Below the pieces are notes generated by a model. That model did not search any database and was not told the origin of the DNA. It was given only the letters and a program-made list of their open reading frames with translations. The translations under genes were made by a program, and so were the position numbers. From IMG/VR virus record IMGVR_UViG_3300029431_000104: a DNA stretch of 64,000 bases. The stretch is one strand, 5' to 3'. Source of the DNA: a virus. Shown piece by piece: positions 18,074 through 25,984 of this stretch (position 1 is the first letter of the stretch; every line of letters begins with the position of its first letter).

Positions 18074-18553
18074 ATGAAGAACAAGAAATATTACATCGCC
18101 TACGGCAGCAACCTGTCGGTGGAGCAGATGGCAGACCGATGCCCGGATGCAAAAATTGCAGGGCAGGCGGTGCTGGCCGGCTGGGAGCTTTTGTTCCGCG
18201 GCTGCGCCACCATCGCACCGAACCCGAAGAAGAACACGCCGGTTCTGGTGTGGGAGATCTCGGAAAGGGACGAAGGAAACCTCGACCTCTATGAGGGCTA
18301 CCCGAACTACTACCGCAAGGAAGATCTGAACATCGAACTGCTCCGGGAAAGGGCAGAGCCGGAGATGGTGACCGCAATGGTCTACATCATGGAGAACGAC
18401 TTCGGACGCCGCTCACCGAGCCGGTATTACTACAAAGTCCTGCATGACGGCTACAAGGCATTCCACTTCCCGATGCACATCCTCGAAGGTGCGCTGAAGG
18501 AATGCATGGATAAGGATGCCGCCCAGCGGATGATCGAGGAGGTGCAGGCATGA
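18074..18553 (+). CDS. gamma-glutamyl cyclotransferase-like protein (GGCT/AIG2 family), copy 2
   Basis: YYIAYGSNLSVEQMADRCP...LYEGYPNYY; paralog of 17422-17943; ATG at 18074 after GAAGGGAGAG. Confidence 0.8.
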   Translation: MKNKKYYIAYGSNLSVEQMADRCPDAKIAGQAVLAGWELLFRGCATIAPNPKKNTPVLVWEISERDEGNLDLYEGYPNYYRKEDLNIELLRERAEPEMVTAMVYIMENDFGRRSPSRYYYKVLHDGYKAFHFPMHILEGALKECMDKDAAQRMIEEVQA

Positions 18554-19017
18554 ATTTCGCAGATAAGAAAACGGTCGAGAAGCTGAGAAAAGAGTTCCCG
18601 GTCGGATGTCGGATCGTCCTCGATGAGATGGATGACAGGCAGGCACCGACCATCGGAACGCAGGGAACCTGCAACGGGGTCGATGATGCCGGAAACATTT
18701 TAGTGAGCTGGGATACCGGAAGCCATCTAAACGTTGCCTACGGCGCGGACAGTTGCCACCGTGTGGCAACGGATGCCGAGGTCAAGGTGTCGCTCGACCG
18801 GCTTGGTAAAACGCGACAGACCGGCCCACGTTGCCCCAGGTGCGGAGCAAAGCCCGACTGCTACGACCATCAGCAGCAGGCACTCAGCCGAAGGGCGGAC
18901 ATCCAGATCTGCAACCGCTGCGGAACGGAGGAAGCGTTAGAGGACATTGCATGGGGCGGACAGCAGAAGATGCATCTTGCAGACTGGGCAATCGTGAAAG
19001 GAGGCTGGGTCGAATGA
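18550..19017 (+). CDS. DUF4314-like protein with C-terminal zinc ribbon
   Basis: LRKEFPVGCRIVLDEMDD.QAPTIGTQGTCNGVDDAGNILVSWDTGSHLNVAYG matches the DUF4314 signature found in phage/ICE accessory regions; C-terminal CPRCG...CNRCG. Confidence 0.55.
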   Translation: MNFADKKTVEKLRKEFPVGCRIVLDEMDDRQAPTIGTQGTCNGVDDAGNILVSWDTGSHLNVAYGADSCHRVATDAEVKVSLDRLGKTRQTGPRCPRCGAKPDCYDHQQQALSRRADIQICNRCGTEEALEDIAWGGQQKMHLADWAIVKGGWVE

Positions 19018-19385
19018 AGGTTCTTCTGATCAAACCGATGGAGCATCCGCAGGTGGTGGACATTGAAAACTCCCTGAAAGAGTTCTACCGCATCCTCGAC
19101 TGCGACTGTATCACAGCCACCTACCCGTGGGAAGAACGCGCCGCCCTGGTCACCGATGACAACGGTCTGTTCACCGAGAAGTCATTCAGCAGATACATCC
19201 CGGAGCTGGAGCAGCCCATCAAGGGAAACTTCTTCATCTGCGGACTGGGAGAGGAGGATTTCGCAGAACTGCCCCAGGACCTGATCCGGAAATTCAAGGA
19301 ACGCTTCTGGGTGCCGGAGGCATTCGTCAGCATGTTCGGGCAGATGGCAGTCATCCAGATGGATGACGGAACGAAGCCGGAATAA
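19014..19385 (+). CDS. DUF3846-like protein
   Basis: The ATG at 19014 overlaps the previous stop (ATGA). MKVLLIKPMEHPQVVDIENSLKEFYRILDCDCI...FFICGLGEED is typical of DUF3846 proteins of ICE and phage leading regions. Confidence 0.55.
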   Translation: MKVLLIKPMEHPQVVDIENSLKEFYRILDCDCITATYPWEERAALVTDDNGLFTEKSFSRYIPELEQPIKGNFFICGLGEEDFAELPQDLIRKFKERFWVPEAFVSMFGQMAVIQMDDGTKPE

Positions 19386-19456
19386 GATACCGCAATCAGA
19401 AAAATACCCTCTCGGCCAGAAAAGACCGGGAGGGCTTAGTTTAACAGGAGGAGCCT

Positions 19457-19648
19457 ATGGGACACAGAAAGATGCCGGCTTATGGCGAGAGGGAACACGG
19501 CGGCAGATACATTCTGGATGAATACGAATGGTCAAGAAACCACTGCAAGGCGGTGACCATCCGCAGATGGAAAAGGGACCTGAAAAAGAAAGCCAGAGCG
19601 CATAACCGCAGGGTGATGCATCAGGCAATGCAGGGCGAGGTCGATTAG
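19457..19648 (+). CDS. small basic protein (63 aa)
   Basis: Strong RBS AGGAGGAGCC, ATG at 19457; K/R-rich; function unknown. Confidence 0.4.
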   Translation: MGHRKMPAYGEREHGGRYILDEYEWSRNHCKAVTIRRWKRDLKKKARAHNRRVMHQAMQGEVD

Positions 19649-19846
19649 ACGGAAAATGGGGGCTTCAAAAGAATGAGAACCCCCTTCCAGTTTACTGTAT
19701 ATTACCTCTGGAAAGCAACAATAGCAAGGAGAACCGCCGCCATAATGTACACAAACATCTGGCAGCGGTTTTGTGTATCATACCAAACCAAAACGGGGGA
19801 TACGAGGCAGAGCCCCAGCCTCTGCTGGGGAGCCTCTTGGGATTCC

Positions 19847-20101
19847 TTAGAAGAAATCCCTCATGCTCATGCCGACCTCGTTCAGTCGTTCCTCCATGCT
19901 GTGGTAGTGCCAATCCTCTTCCTCTTCTTCGTCCTCTTCCTCAAGCTCCTCTGGGAAAGGGTCGTGCCGCCATCCGGCTTTCTGGTATTCTTCTTCCCGA
20001 ATGTCGTTGCGGTCGTAAATGTCCAGCTCGTATTCTTCTTCAAGCTCTGCGATGCGGTTTTCGATTGCGGTTTCAACTTCTGTAATGGTCTTTTTCATGG
20101 T
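19847..20101 (-). CDS. small poly-acidic protein (84 aa), minus strand
   Basis: ATG at 20101 (minus strand) after a GGAGG RBS; sequence EEEYELDIYDRNDIREEEYQKAGW...EELEEEDEEEEEDWHYH; convergent with 19457; hairpins in the 19650-19840 gap. Confidence 0.5.
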   Translation of the reverse strand, partial: TMKKTITEVETAIENRIAELEEEYELDIYDRNDIREEEYQKAGWRHDPFPEELEEEDEEEEEDWHYHSMEERLNEVGMSMRDFF

Positions 20102-20247
20102 TTTTGTCCTCCGTTTTTGGTTTGGTTTTCTTTGCTTTCGTTGTGTGTATAATGCCGCAGAAACACATATATAGCAAGTCAATCAGGGGTCATATATGTA
20201 CCAAACATGAGGGACGAAGATCGTTGATAATATGAGGTTTTATGGCC

Positions 20248-20276
20248 TTGCTATCACAGGGCAGTGACGGTAATAT
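20248..20276 (+). promoter_or_regulatory. repeated early promoter copy
   Basis: TTGCTA 20248-20253, 17-nt spacer ending TGACGG, TAATAT 20271-20276. Confidence 0.6.
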
Positions 20277-20307
20277 ACAGCTACAAAAAGCAAAGGAGGA
20301 CAGCAGA

Positions 20308-20484
20308 ATGGCTGATTGGAGAACATGGAAAAAAGGAAGAAAGACAACATGGCACTGGAACGAATTCGATGGTAGCGGAAGCCGGGAAGGAATCATCACC
20401 GAGGTTCATGAAGACCACGCAATCATGGAAGCAGACGGCATGCACCTCTGGATCGACGATGACACGGCAGAGATGTTCAGCTAA
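20308..20484 (+). CDS. small hypothetical protein (58 aa)
   Basis: RBS AAAGGAGGACAGCAGA then ATG; MADWRTWKKGRKTTWHWNEFDGSG... Confidence 0.5.
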   Translation: MADWRTWKKGRKTTWHWNEFDGSGSREGIITEVHEDHAIMEADGMHLWIDDDTAEMFS

Positions 20485-20565
20485 GAAAAACGGGGAGGGA
20501 AACTTCCCCGGATAAACACATAAATCCACCAGTTCAGGGCGCAGATGATCGTGTACTTTAGCCGC

Positions 20566-20594
20566 TTGATAGTGTCCGGCAGTGACGGTAATAT
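20566..20594 (+). promoter_or_regulatory. repeated early promoter copy
   Basis: GATCGTGTACTTTAGCCGC-TTGATA(20566-20571)-17 nt-TAATAT(20589-20594). Confidence 0.6.
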
Positions 20595-20624
20595 ACAGCT
20601 ACCAAAACGAAAGGGGCAAAGAAC

Positions 20625-20831
20625 ATGGAACGCTACACTTACGAGATTATCTTTACACGGCTGGATGGACAGCCGGATGAAATCCAGCAGCACACCAGCG
20701 AGGAGCTGGCAAGAGAATGCTTCCGGCTTTTCGATGAGCCGGACAGCGCAGAGATGTACAGCAAAATCGAACTTAGCTGCCATGACTGGGAGACAGGCAT
20801 GGATGAGATTCTGGAAACGATGACATTCTGA
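20625..20831 (+). CDS. small acidic hypothetical protein (68 aa)
   Basis: ATG 20625, 31 nt after the -10; MERYTYEIIFTRLDGQPDEIQQH... Confidence 0.5.
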   Translation: MERYTYEIIFTRLDGQPDEIQQHTSEELARECFRLFDEPDSAEMYSKIELSCHDWETGMDEILETMTF

Positions 20832-20843
20832 GGAGAAAAAAAC

Positions 20844-21104
20844 ATGACCTACACAAAAATCAGCCTTTACCTTGCAAACGGAATTCCAGAGGCACTCAGC
20901 AACCTCTGGTACGGAAGCGACAGCGCGGTGGTCGAGATCAGGGATGCCGTTGAGGATGCGAAGAACGGCAAGGACCTTCTGAACCGCATCCAGAAGATGA
21001 AGCTCCTGCGGAAATTCACCCTCGACAGGGAGAACGACAAGCGCATCCGCTTCAAGGGAACGAACTGCTGGGGCAACGTAAGCTACCTCGAAATCATCCG
21101 CTAA
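20844..21104 (+). CDS. small hypothetical protein (86 aa)
   Basis: RBS GAGGAGAAAAAAAC then ATG; operonic with 20625. Confidence 0.5.
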   Translation: MTYTKISLYLANGIPEALSNLWYGSDSAVVEIRDAVEDAKNGKDLLNRIQKMKLLRKFTLDRENDKRIRFKGTNCWGNVSYLEIIR

Positions 21105-21234
21105 AGGCAAGACCGACAGGCGCAAGGGGCTGGAAATGACCAGCCTTTTGCTCGTGTCTGTCTTCCGAAAGCTGGCATGAAAAGCACATAAATATGACAA
21201 TTACAGGGCTTGATGATCGTGTAGTTTAGCCGCT

Positions 21235-21262
21235 TGATAGTGCTCCGAGGTGACGGTAATAT
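21235..21262 (+). promoter_or_regulatory. repeated early promoter copy
   Basis: GATCGTGTAGTTTAGCCGC-TTGATA(21235-21240)-16 nt-TAATAT(21257-21262); leader ACCGAAAGGGAAAAAC. Confidence 0.6.
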
Positions 21263-21306
21263 ACAGTCACCGAAAGGGAAAAACAACAAAAACGGAGGAT
21301 ACGACA

Positions 21307-21756
21307 ATGACGAAGAACGAAGAACGCATCAATAAACTTTTCAAGGAACTGGTACCGGAGACGGGCAAGGCAGACAGCCTCGCAGGGGAGCTGGTAAGGG
21401 CAATGAGCCGCATCGGATACCGCTTTTACAACGATGGCGACCAGCTGGGCATCGGCTACGGCAAGGAAACCTGCAACCCTGCAGGGCGCTTCCTTGGAGC
21501 CAAGGGCAACGACAAAATCGCAAAGCTGACTGCAGATGCATGGGCAGTCTACAGCGAGGAAGCCTACGAAAAGGTCCTGGGCATCCTTTGCGGAGCGGTT
21601 GCCGACTATGTTGAGCAGAACCCAGACCTTAGAAACCAGCCGACCGAAGATATGTGGGATTTCAAGGATGAGGAAGAAGACCAGGATGACAGCTGGGATG
21701 AAGAGGAAGATGACTGGGGCGAAGAGGAAGATTACGAGGACGAAGAAGACTACTAA
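21307..21756 (+). CDS. hypothetical protein with poly-acidic C-terminal tail (149 aa)
   Basis: RBS ACGGAGGATACGACA then ATG; C-terminus DFKDEEEDQDDSWDEEEDDWGEEEDYEDEEDY. Confidence 0.55.
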   Translation: MTKNEERINKLFKELVPETGKADSLAGELVRAMSRIGYRFYNDGDQLGIGYGKETCNPAGRFLGAKGNDKIAKLTADAWAVYSEEAYEKVLGILCGAVADYVEQNPDLRNQPTEDMWDFKDEEEDQDDSWDEEEDDWGEEEDYEDEEDY

Positions 21757-21851
21757 GCCAGAAACACACGGGGCTTGCCGGAAACGGCAGCCCTTTTCTT
21801 CTGCTGTAATACGCACAGTTCCGGGCGGCTATCTTTGTGTAGTATAGCCGC

Positions 21852-21880
21852 TTGATAGTGTGTGACATAGACGGTAATAT
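21852..21880 (+). promoter_or_regulatory. repeated early promoter copy
   Basis: GTAGTATAGCCGC-TTGATA(21852-21857)-17 nt-TAATAT(21875-21880). Confidence 0.6.
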
Positions 21881-21924
21881 GCACATACCGAAACGGAAAA
21901 CCAAGAAAAACGGAGGAAAGCACC

Positions 21925-22116
21925 ATGAAGAAGAACATCACCAAGGAAGAGGAAAAAGCCCTGCTGGAGATCGCCAAGCGCCTGATGGCAGCGGTGGACA
22001 GCCGGGGCGACCTCGAAGCCCGCGACAATGACAGCGAGGACTTCATTGAGGTTCCGGTCTGGGGCATCCAGAAAGCAATGGAGGAAGCCTACCTGCTGGG
22101 ACGGATGACCAGATAA
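21925..22116 (+). CDS. small hypothetical protein (63 aa)
   Basis: RBS ACGGAGGAAAGCACC then ATG. Confidence 0.5.
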   Translation: MKKNITKEEEKALLEIAKRLMAAVDSRGDLEARDNDSEDFIEVPVWGIQKAMEEAYLLGRMTR

Positions 22117-22244
22117 ACCGGCAGCCTCCGACACAGCCCCACACAGGGGCTTGTGCCACGGGTGGCAAAACGATCCGAAGGAACCGACAACGCCCCACAC
22201 AGGGGCAGATGTGGCGGCGTGGATGCGCCGGGAAGGAGAAGCAC

Positions 22245-22451
22245 ATGGAAGAACGGATGATGGATACCATCGTGGAAATCTACAACCACATGGATGACAG
22301 CGATAAGGATGCCTTCACGTTGGAAGATGCCGAGGATATGGTGGAAGACCAGATCAGGATGGATAAGGAAGCCGGACGGGAACCGCTGGCATATGACCCG
22401 CAGTTCTTCTACGATACCATTGTGGAACTCATGGAGCAGGACGAAGAGTGA
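22245..22451 (+). CDS. small acidic hypothetical protein (68 aa)
   Basis: RBS GGAAGGAGAAGCAC then ATG at 22245; upstream region has two CAGCCCCACACAGGGGCTG-type hairpins instead of a promoter copy. Confidence 0.45.
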   Translation: MEERMMDTIVEIYNHMDDSDKDAFTLEDAEDMVEDQIRMDKEAGREPLAYDPQFFYDTIVELMEQDEE

Positions 22452-22500
22452 TGTACATTCTGCCTGGTATTCCGGGCAGAAGATCGTGTACTTTAGCCGC

Positions 22501-22529
22501 TTGCTATCCTTTGCACCTGACGGTAATAT
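22501..22529 (+). promoter_or_regulatory. repeated early promoter copy
   Basis: GATCGTGTACTTTAGCCGC-TTGCTA(22501-22506)-17 nt-TAATAT(22524-22529); leader CCGAAAGGGGAAAGCCCC hairpin. Confidence 0.6.
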
Positions 22530-22586
22530 GCACATACCGAAAGGGGAAAGCCCCAAGGAAAAAACGAAAACACGGAGGAATTCACC

Positions 22587-22871
22587 ATGAAAAAGCATTT
22601 GATCGACTTCCCGGAAAACAACATCAGCATCGAGAGCTTCTACGACCGGCTCAGACCTTGCTACGATAGCATCATGCAGTTTAGTGACCGGGTTCTGGTT
22701 GCCCAGATGAACTGGAATGGCATGCTGGAGGGAGCGGTATACGGCTTTGTGGAAGACCCGGAGGAAGGCTGGTCACCGATTGAATGCCGGCTGGAACTTC
22801 TGAAGATTTCCGATGAGACCTACACGGATGCCGGTCACGCAATCGAGTGGTGCATCAGGAACGCACACTGA
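22587..22871 (+). CDS. small hypothetical protein (94 aa)
   Basis: RBS CACGGAGGAATTCACC then ATG. Confidence 0.5.
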   Translation: MKKHLIDFPENNISIESFYDRLRPCYDSIMQFSDRVLVAQMNWNGMLEGAVYGFVEDPEEGWSPIECRLELLKISDETYTDAGHAIEWCIRNAH

Positions 22872-22983
22872 AAAAGGGCAGAGCTCCTTCGGGGGCTTTT
22901 GCTCGTAGTGGTGGATTCTTCCAGTGTGAAAATACACATAAATCCGACAAAAAGAGGTGTGTATGATCGTGCAGCATAGCCGC

Positions 22984-23012
22984 TTGCTATGTCCGGGCAG
23001 TGACGGTAATAT
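22984..23012 (+). promoter_or_regulatory. repeated early promoter copy
   Basis: GATCGTGCAGCATAGCCGC-TTGCTA(22984-22989)-17 nt-TAATAT(23007-23012). Confidence 0.6.
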
Positions 23013-23070
23013 ACAGTCACAACGAAGGGGAAAGCCCTACGGAAAACAAAACACACGGAGGATACAGACC

Positions 23071-23448
23071 ATGACGAACAAAGCAAAAACCTACCTTAAG
23101 AACATTCAGGGAGCCGACACCGAGAAGAAGCTAATTGGCATCGAGATCGCCTTCAAGCAGGACATGACCCTCAGCTGCAGCGACCTCGGAAGCCTTTGCA
23201 GGGCGGCAGAAGACAGGCGGTACAGCCTGCGTAACAATGAGGAAACGCTGAAGCTGAAGCAGATCCTTTTCTTCCGGACGAAAGCGGAGATGGACGCCTA
23301 CCACGACATGAGCCGCAAGCCGGAAGACTGGACGGAAGCGGAGATCGAGCAGCAGAGAAGCCGCTTCTGCAGCGTCTGGCAGGTCATCGAGGAAGCGGAG
23401 CTGGTCGATGAATACGAGGCTTGGAAGGAAGCCAACCCCAACGCCTAA
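23071..23448 (+). CDS. hypothetical protein (125 aa)
   Basis: RBS ACACGGAGGATACAGACC then ATG at 23071. Confidence 0.5.
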   Translation: MTNKAKTYLKNIQGADTEKKLIGIEIAFKQDMTLSCSDLGSLCRAAEDRRYSLRNNEETLKLKQILFFRTKAEMDAYHDMSRKPEDWTEAEIEQQRSRFCSVWQVIEEAELVDEYEAWKEANPNA

Positions 23449-23580
23449 CAGCACCCAAAAGGTACACGCCCCGAAAAGGGGCTGTGCCTCGTATCCGATG
23501 TGTTTTATATAAAGTTGCCGAAATGGGAAACTATTTGTTAGTTATACAGAAAAGTTTCCTGTTTAGGAAAATGATATTTC

Positions 23581-23609
23581 GAGGACTTCTTTGGAGGTCC
23601 TTTTTCTTT
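23581..23609 (+). terminator. rho-independent terminator before the packaging module
   Basis: AGGAC-ttctttgg-AGGTCCT hairpin followed by TTTTTCTTT. Confidence 0.45.
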
Positions 23610-23638
23610 ACCCATTTTTGCAGAAAGGAGGAGATGCC

Positions 23639-24119
23639 AATGGCTACCAGAGGCAGAAAACCAAAGCCGACCGCCATGAAGGAACTGGAAGGTAATCCGG
23701 GCAAACATCCGCTGAACACCAGCGAACCGAAGCCCAATAAGAAAGCACCGGCCTGTCCGAAGTGGCTGGAGCCGGAAGCAAAGAAAGAGTGGCGTAGACT
23801 TGCCAAACAGATGGAAGCCATCGGCATCCTGACCGAAGTGGACATGGCGGCCTTTGCCGGTTACTGTCAGGCGTATGCCCGATGGAAGGAGGCAGAGGAG
23901 TTCATCACCCAGCACGGCACTATCGTCAAGACCCCGTCCGGGTACTGGCAGCAGGTGCCGCAGGTGTCCATCGCCCAGACCTATCTGAAGATCATGAACA
24001 AGTTTGCAGAGCAGTTCGGTCTGACCCCGTCCTCCCGAAGCCGGATCATTGCTTCGGACGGCGGTCCTGCGGATGCAGCTGATGAGATGGAGAATCTGCT
24101 GGGAGGAGGTGGAAGCTGA
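23639..24119 (+). CDS. terminase small subunit (P27-like)
   Basis: 160 aa; RBS AAGGAGGAG; sequence RGRKPKPTAMKELEGNPGKHPLN...AFAGYCQAYARWKEAEEFI typical of P27-family TerS. Confidence 0.8.
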
Positions 24120-25744
24120 TGGCAGAGTGCAGACCCCAAAACTATCCGAAACTGAAGGACTACAAACCCAGCCGGTTCATGCTTCCGACCTGCCATTACG
24201 ATGCCGCAAAAGCAGACCGGGCAGTGACTTTTATCGAAAACCTGCGTCATACCAAAGGCAAGTGGGCGGGCAAGCGGTTCTGGCTGCTTCCTTGGCAGGA
24301 GCAGATCATCCGGGATGTGTTCGGCATCGTGGACGAAAAAGGGAACCGTCAGTTTCGCACGGCTTATGTCGAAATCGGCAAGAAAAATGGAAAATCCGAG
24401 CTTGCCGCTGCGGTGGCCTTGTATCTGCTTTTTGCCGATAATGAGCCATCTGCCGAAGTCTATGGTGCGGCGGCTGACCGCCAGCAGGCATCCATTGTTT
24501 TTGATGTTGCCCACCAGATGGTGCAGATGACCCCGGCACTTTTGAAACGGTGCAAGATCATGGCAGCCACCAAGCGCATCGTGAACTACGGGAACGCAGG
24601 ATTTTATCAGGTTCTGTCTGCCGAAGTTGGTACGAAGCACGGTCTGAACGTGTCAGGTCTGGTGCTGGATGAGGTTCATGCCCAGCCAAACCGAAAACTC
24701 TACGATGTCCTTACCAAAGGTTCCGGTGATGCCCGTGAGCAGCCGTTGTTCTTCCTGATCACCACGGCCGGCACGGACAAGGAGAGCATCTGCTACGAGC
24801 TCCACATGAAAGCACTTGACCTGTTGGCCGGACGCAAGATCGACCACACCTTCTACCCCGTGGTCTACGGTTTGACCGATGAGGATGATTGGCACGATGA
24901 AGCCAACTGGTATAAAGCCAATCCCTCTCTCGGCCAGACCATCCAGATCCAGCGTGTCCGGGATGCATACCAGGAAGCACTGGATAACCCGGCAGAGGAG
25001 AACGTGTTCAAGCAGCTCCGTCTGAATATGTGGGTGTCCTCGTTGACCCGGTTTATACCGGAACACATCTACAACCTCGGCAATCAGCCAATCGATATGG
25101 AAGCCCTCAAAGGCCGTGACTGTTATGGAGGACTGGACTTGTCCAGCACCGGAGATATCACGGCTTTTGTGCTGATGTTCCCGCCCAGAGGTCCAGAGGA
25201 GAAGTACATCATGCTTCCGTTTTTCTGGATACCGGAGGATACGATCCCCCAGCGGGTGCGCAGGGCATCCGTTCCGTATGATGTCTGGTATCAGCAGGGC
25301 TACCTGATGGCGACAGAAGGCAATGTCATCCACTACGGATTTATTGAAAAGGTCATCGAGGAACTAGGCAAGACCTACCATATTTTAGAGATTGCCTTTG
25401 ACCGATGGGGAGCCGTGCAGATGACCCAGAATCTTGAGGGGATGGGATTCACAGTCGTTCCTTTCGGTCAGGGCTTTAAAGATATGAGCCCGCCTACCAA
25501 GGAGTTCTACAAGCTCCTGATGGAAGGCAGGATCATCCACGGCGGCAATCCGGTTATGGCATGGATGGCGGGGAATGTGGTCGTGGATACCGACCCGGCT
25601 GGCAACATCAAGCCGACCAAGGCGAAGTCGCCGGAGAAGATCGATGGTATCGTCGCTGCGATCATGGCACTGGACCGCTGCATCCGAAATGAAGGTCAGC
25701 AGCAGGGAAGCGTCTACGACGAACGTGACATGATTGTTTTTTGA
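24119..25744 (+). CDS. terminase large subunit
   Basis: 541 aa; ATG overlaps the TerS stop; terminase ATPase and nuclease regions conserved (ELAAAVALYLLFADNE, GLDLS..GD, FDRWGA). Confidence 0.9.
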   Translation: MAECRPQNYPKLKDYKPSRFMLPTCHYDAAKADRAVTFIENLRHTKGKWAGKRFWLLPWQEQIIRDVFGIVDEKGNRQFRTAYVEIGKKNGKSELAAAVALYLLFADNEPSAEVYGAAADRQQASIVFDVAHQMVQMTPALLKRCKIMAATKRIVNYGNAGFYQVLSAEVGTKHGLNVSGLVLDEVHAQPNRKLYDVLTKGSGDAREQPLFFLITTAGTDKESICYELHMKALDLLAGRKIDHTFYPVVYGLTDEDDWHDEANWYKANPSLGQTIQIQRVRDAYQEALDNPAEENVFKQLRLNMWVSSLTRFIPEHIYNLGNQPIDMEALKGRDCYGGLDLSSTGDITAFVLMFPPRGPEEKYIMLPFFWIPEDTIPQRVRRASVPYDVWYQQGYLMATEGNVIHYGFIEKVIEELGKTYHILEIAFDRWGAVQMTQNLEGMGFTVVPFGQGFKDMSPPTKEFYKLLMEGRIIHGGNPVMAWMAGNVVVDTDPAGNIKPTKAKSPEKIDGIVAAIMALDRCIRNEGQQQGSVYDERDMIVF

Positions 25745-25768
25745 TATGAAGATTTGGAGGAAAACACA

Positions 25769-25984
25769 ATGAAGTATCTGATGAGTGCAGAATGGTGGAA
25801 GGCAGCCGGCATCCGTGCTGCAAAGACGATGTTCCAGACTGGTGCGGCTCTGGTCGTGACACAGATGCCCGGCGGCACTGTGGACTGGGTTGCAGTTGGC
25901 AGCGCGGCTATTGTGGCAGGTGTTGCGTCCCTTGGTACCAGCCTTGCCGGCCTGCCGGAACTGGAGAAAGGAGATAAGGCTTAA
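25769..25984 (+). CDS. small putative membrane protein (71 aa)
   Basis: GGAGG RBS 8 nt before the ATG at 25769; hydrophobic Gly/Ala-rich segment. Confidence 0.4.
   Translation: MKYLMSAEWWKAAGIRAAKTMFQTGAALVVTQMPGGTVDWVAVGSAAIVAGVASLGTSLAGLPELEKGDKA

Noticed and set aside
22117-22244. Two CAGCCCCACACAGGGGCTG-type hairpins, as possible terminators or a ncRNA
   Set aside because: They are short, with no T-tract and no conservation evidence. They are noted as a possible replacement for the promoter copy before 22245 but do not justify a separate feature.
20240-23020. The regularly reiterated ~50-bp element could be mistaken for a CRISPR array
   Set aside because: Spacing is irregular (300-650 bp). 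Intervening segments are ORFs with RBSs. The repeat itself has -35/-10 promoter structure. It is not CRISPR.
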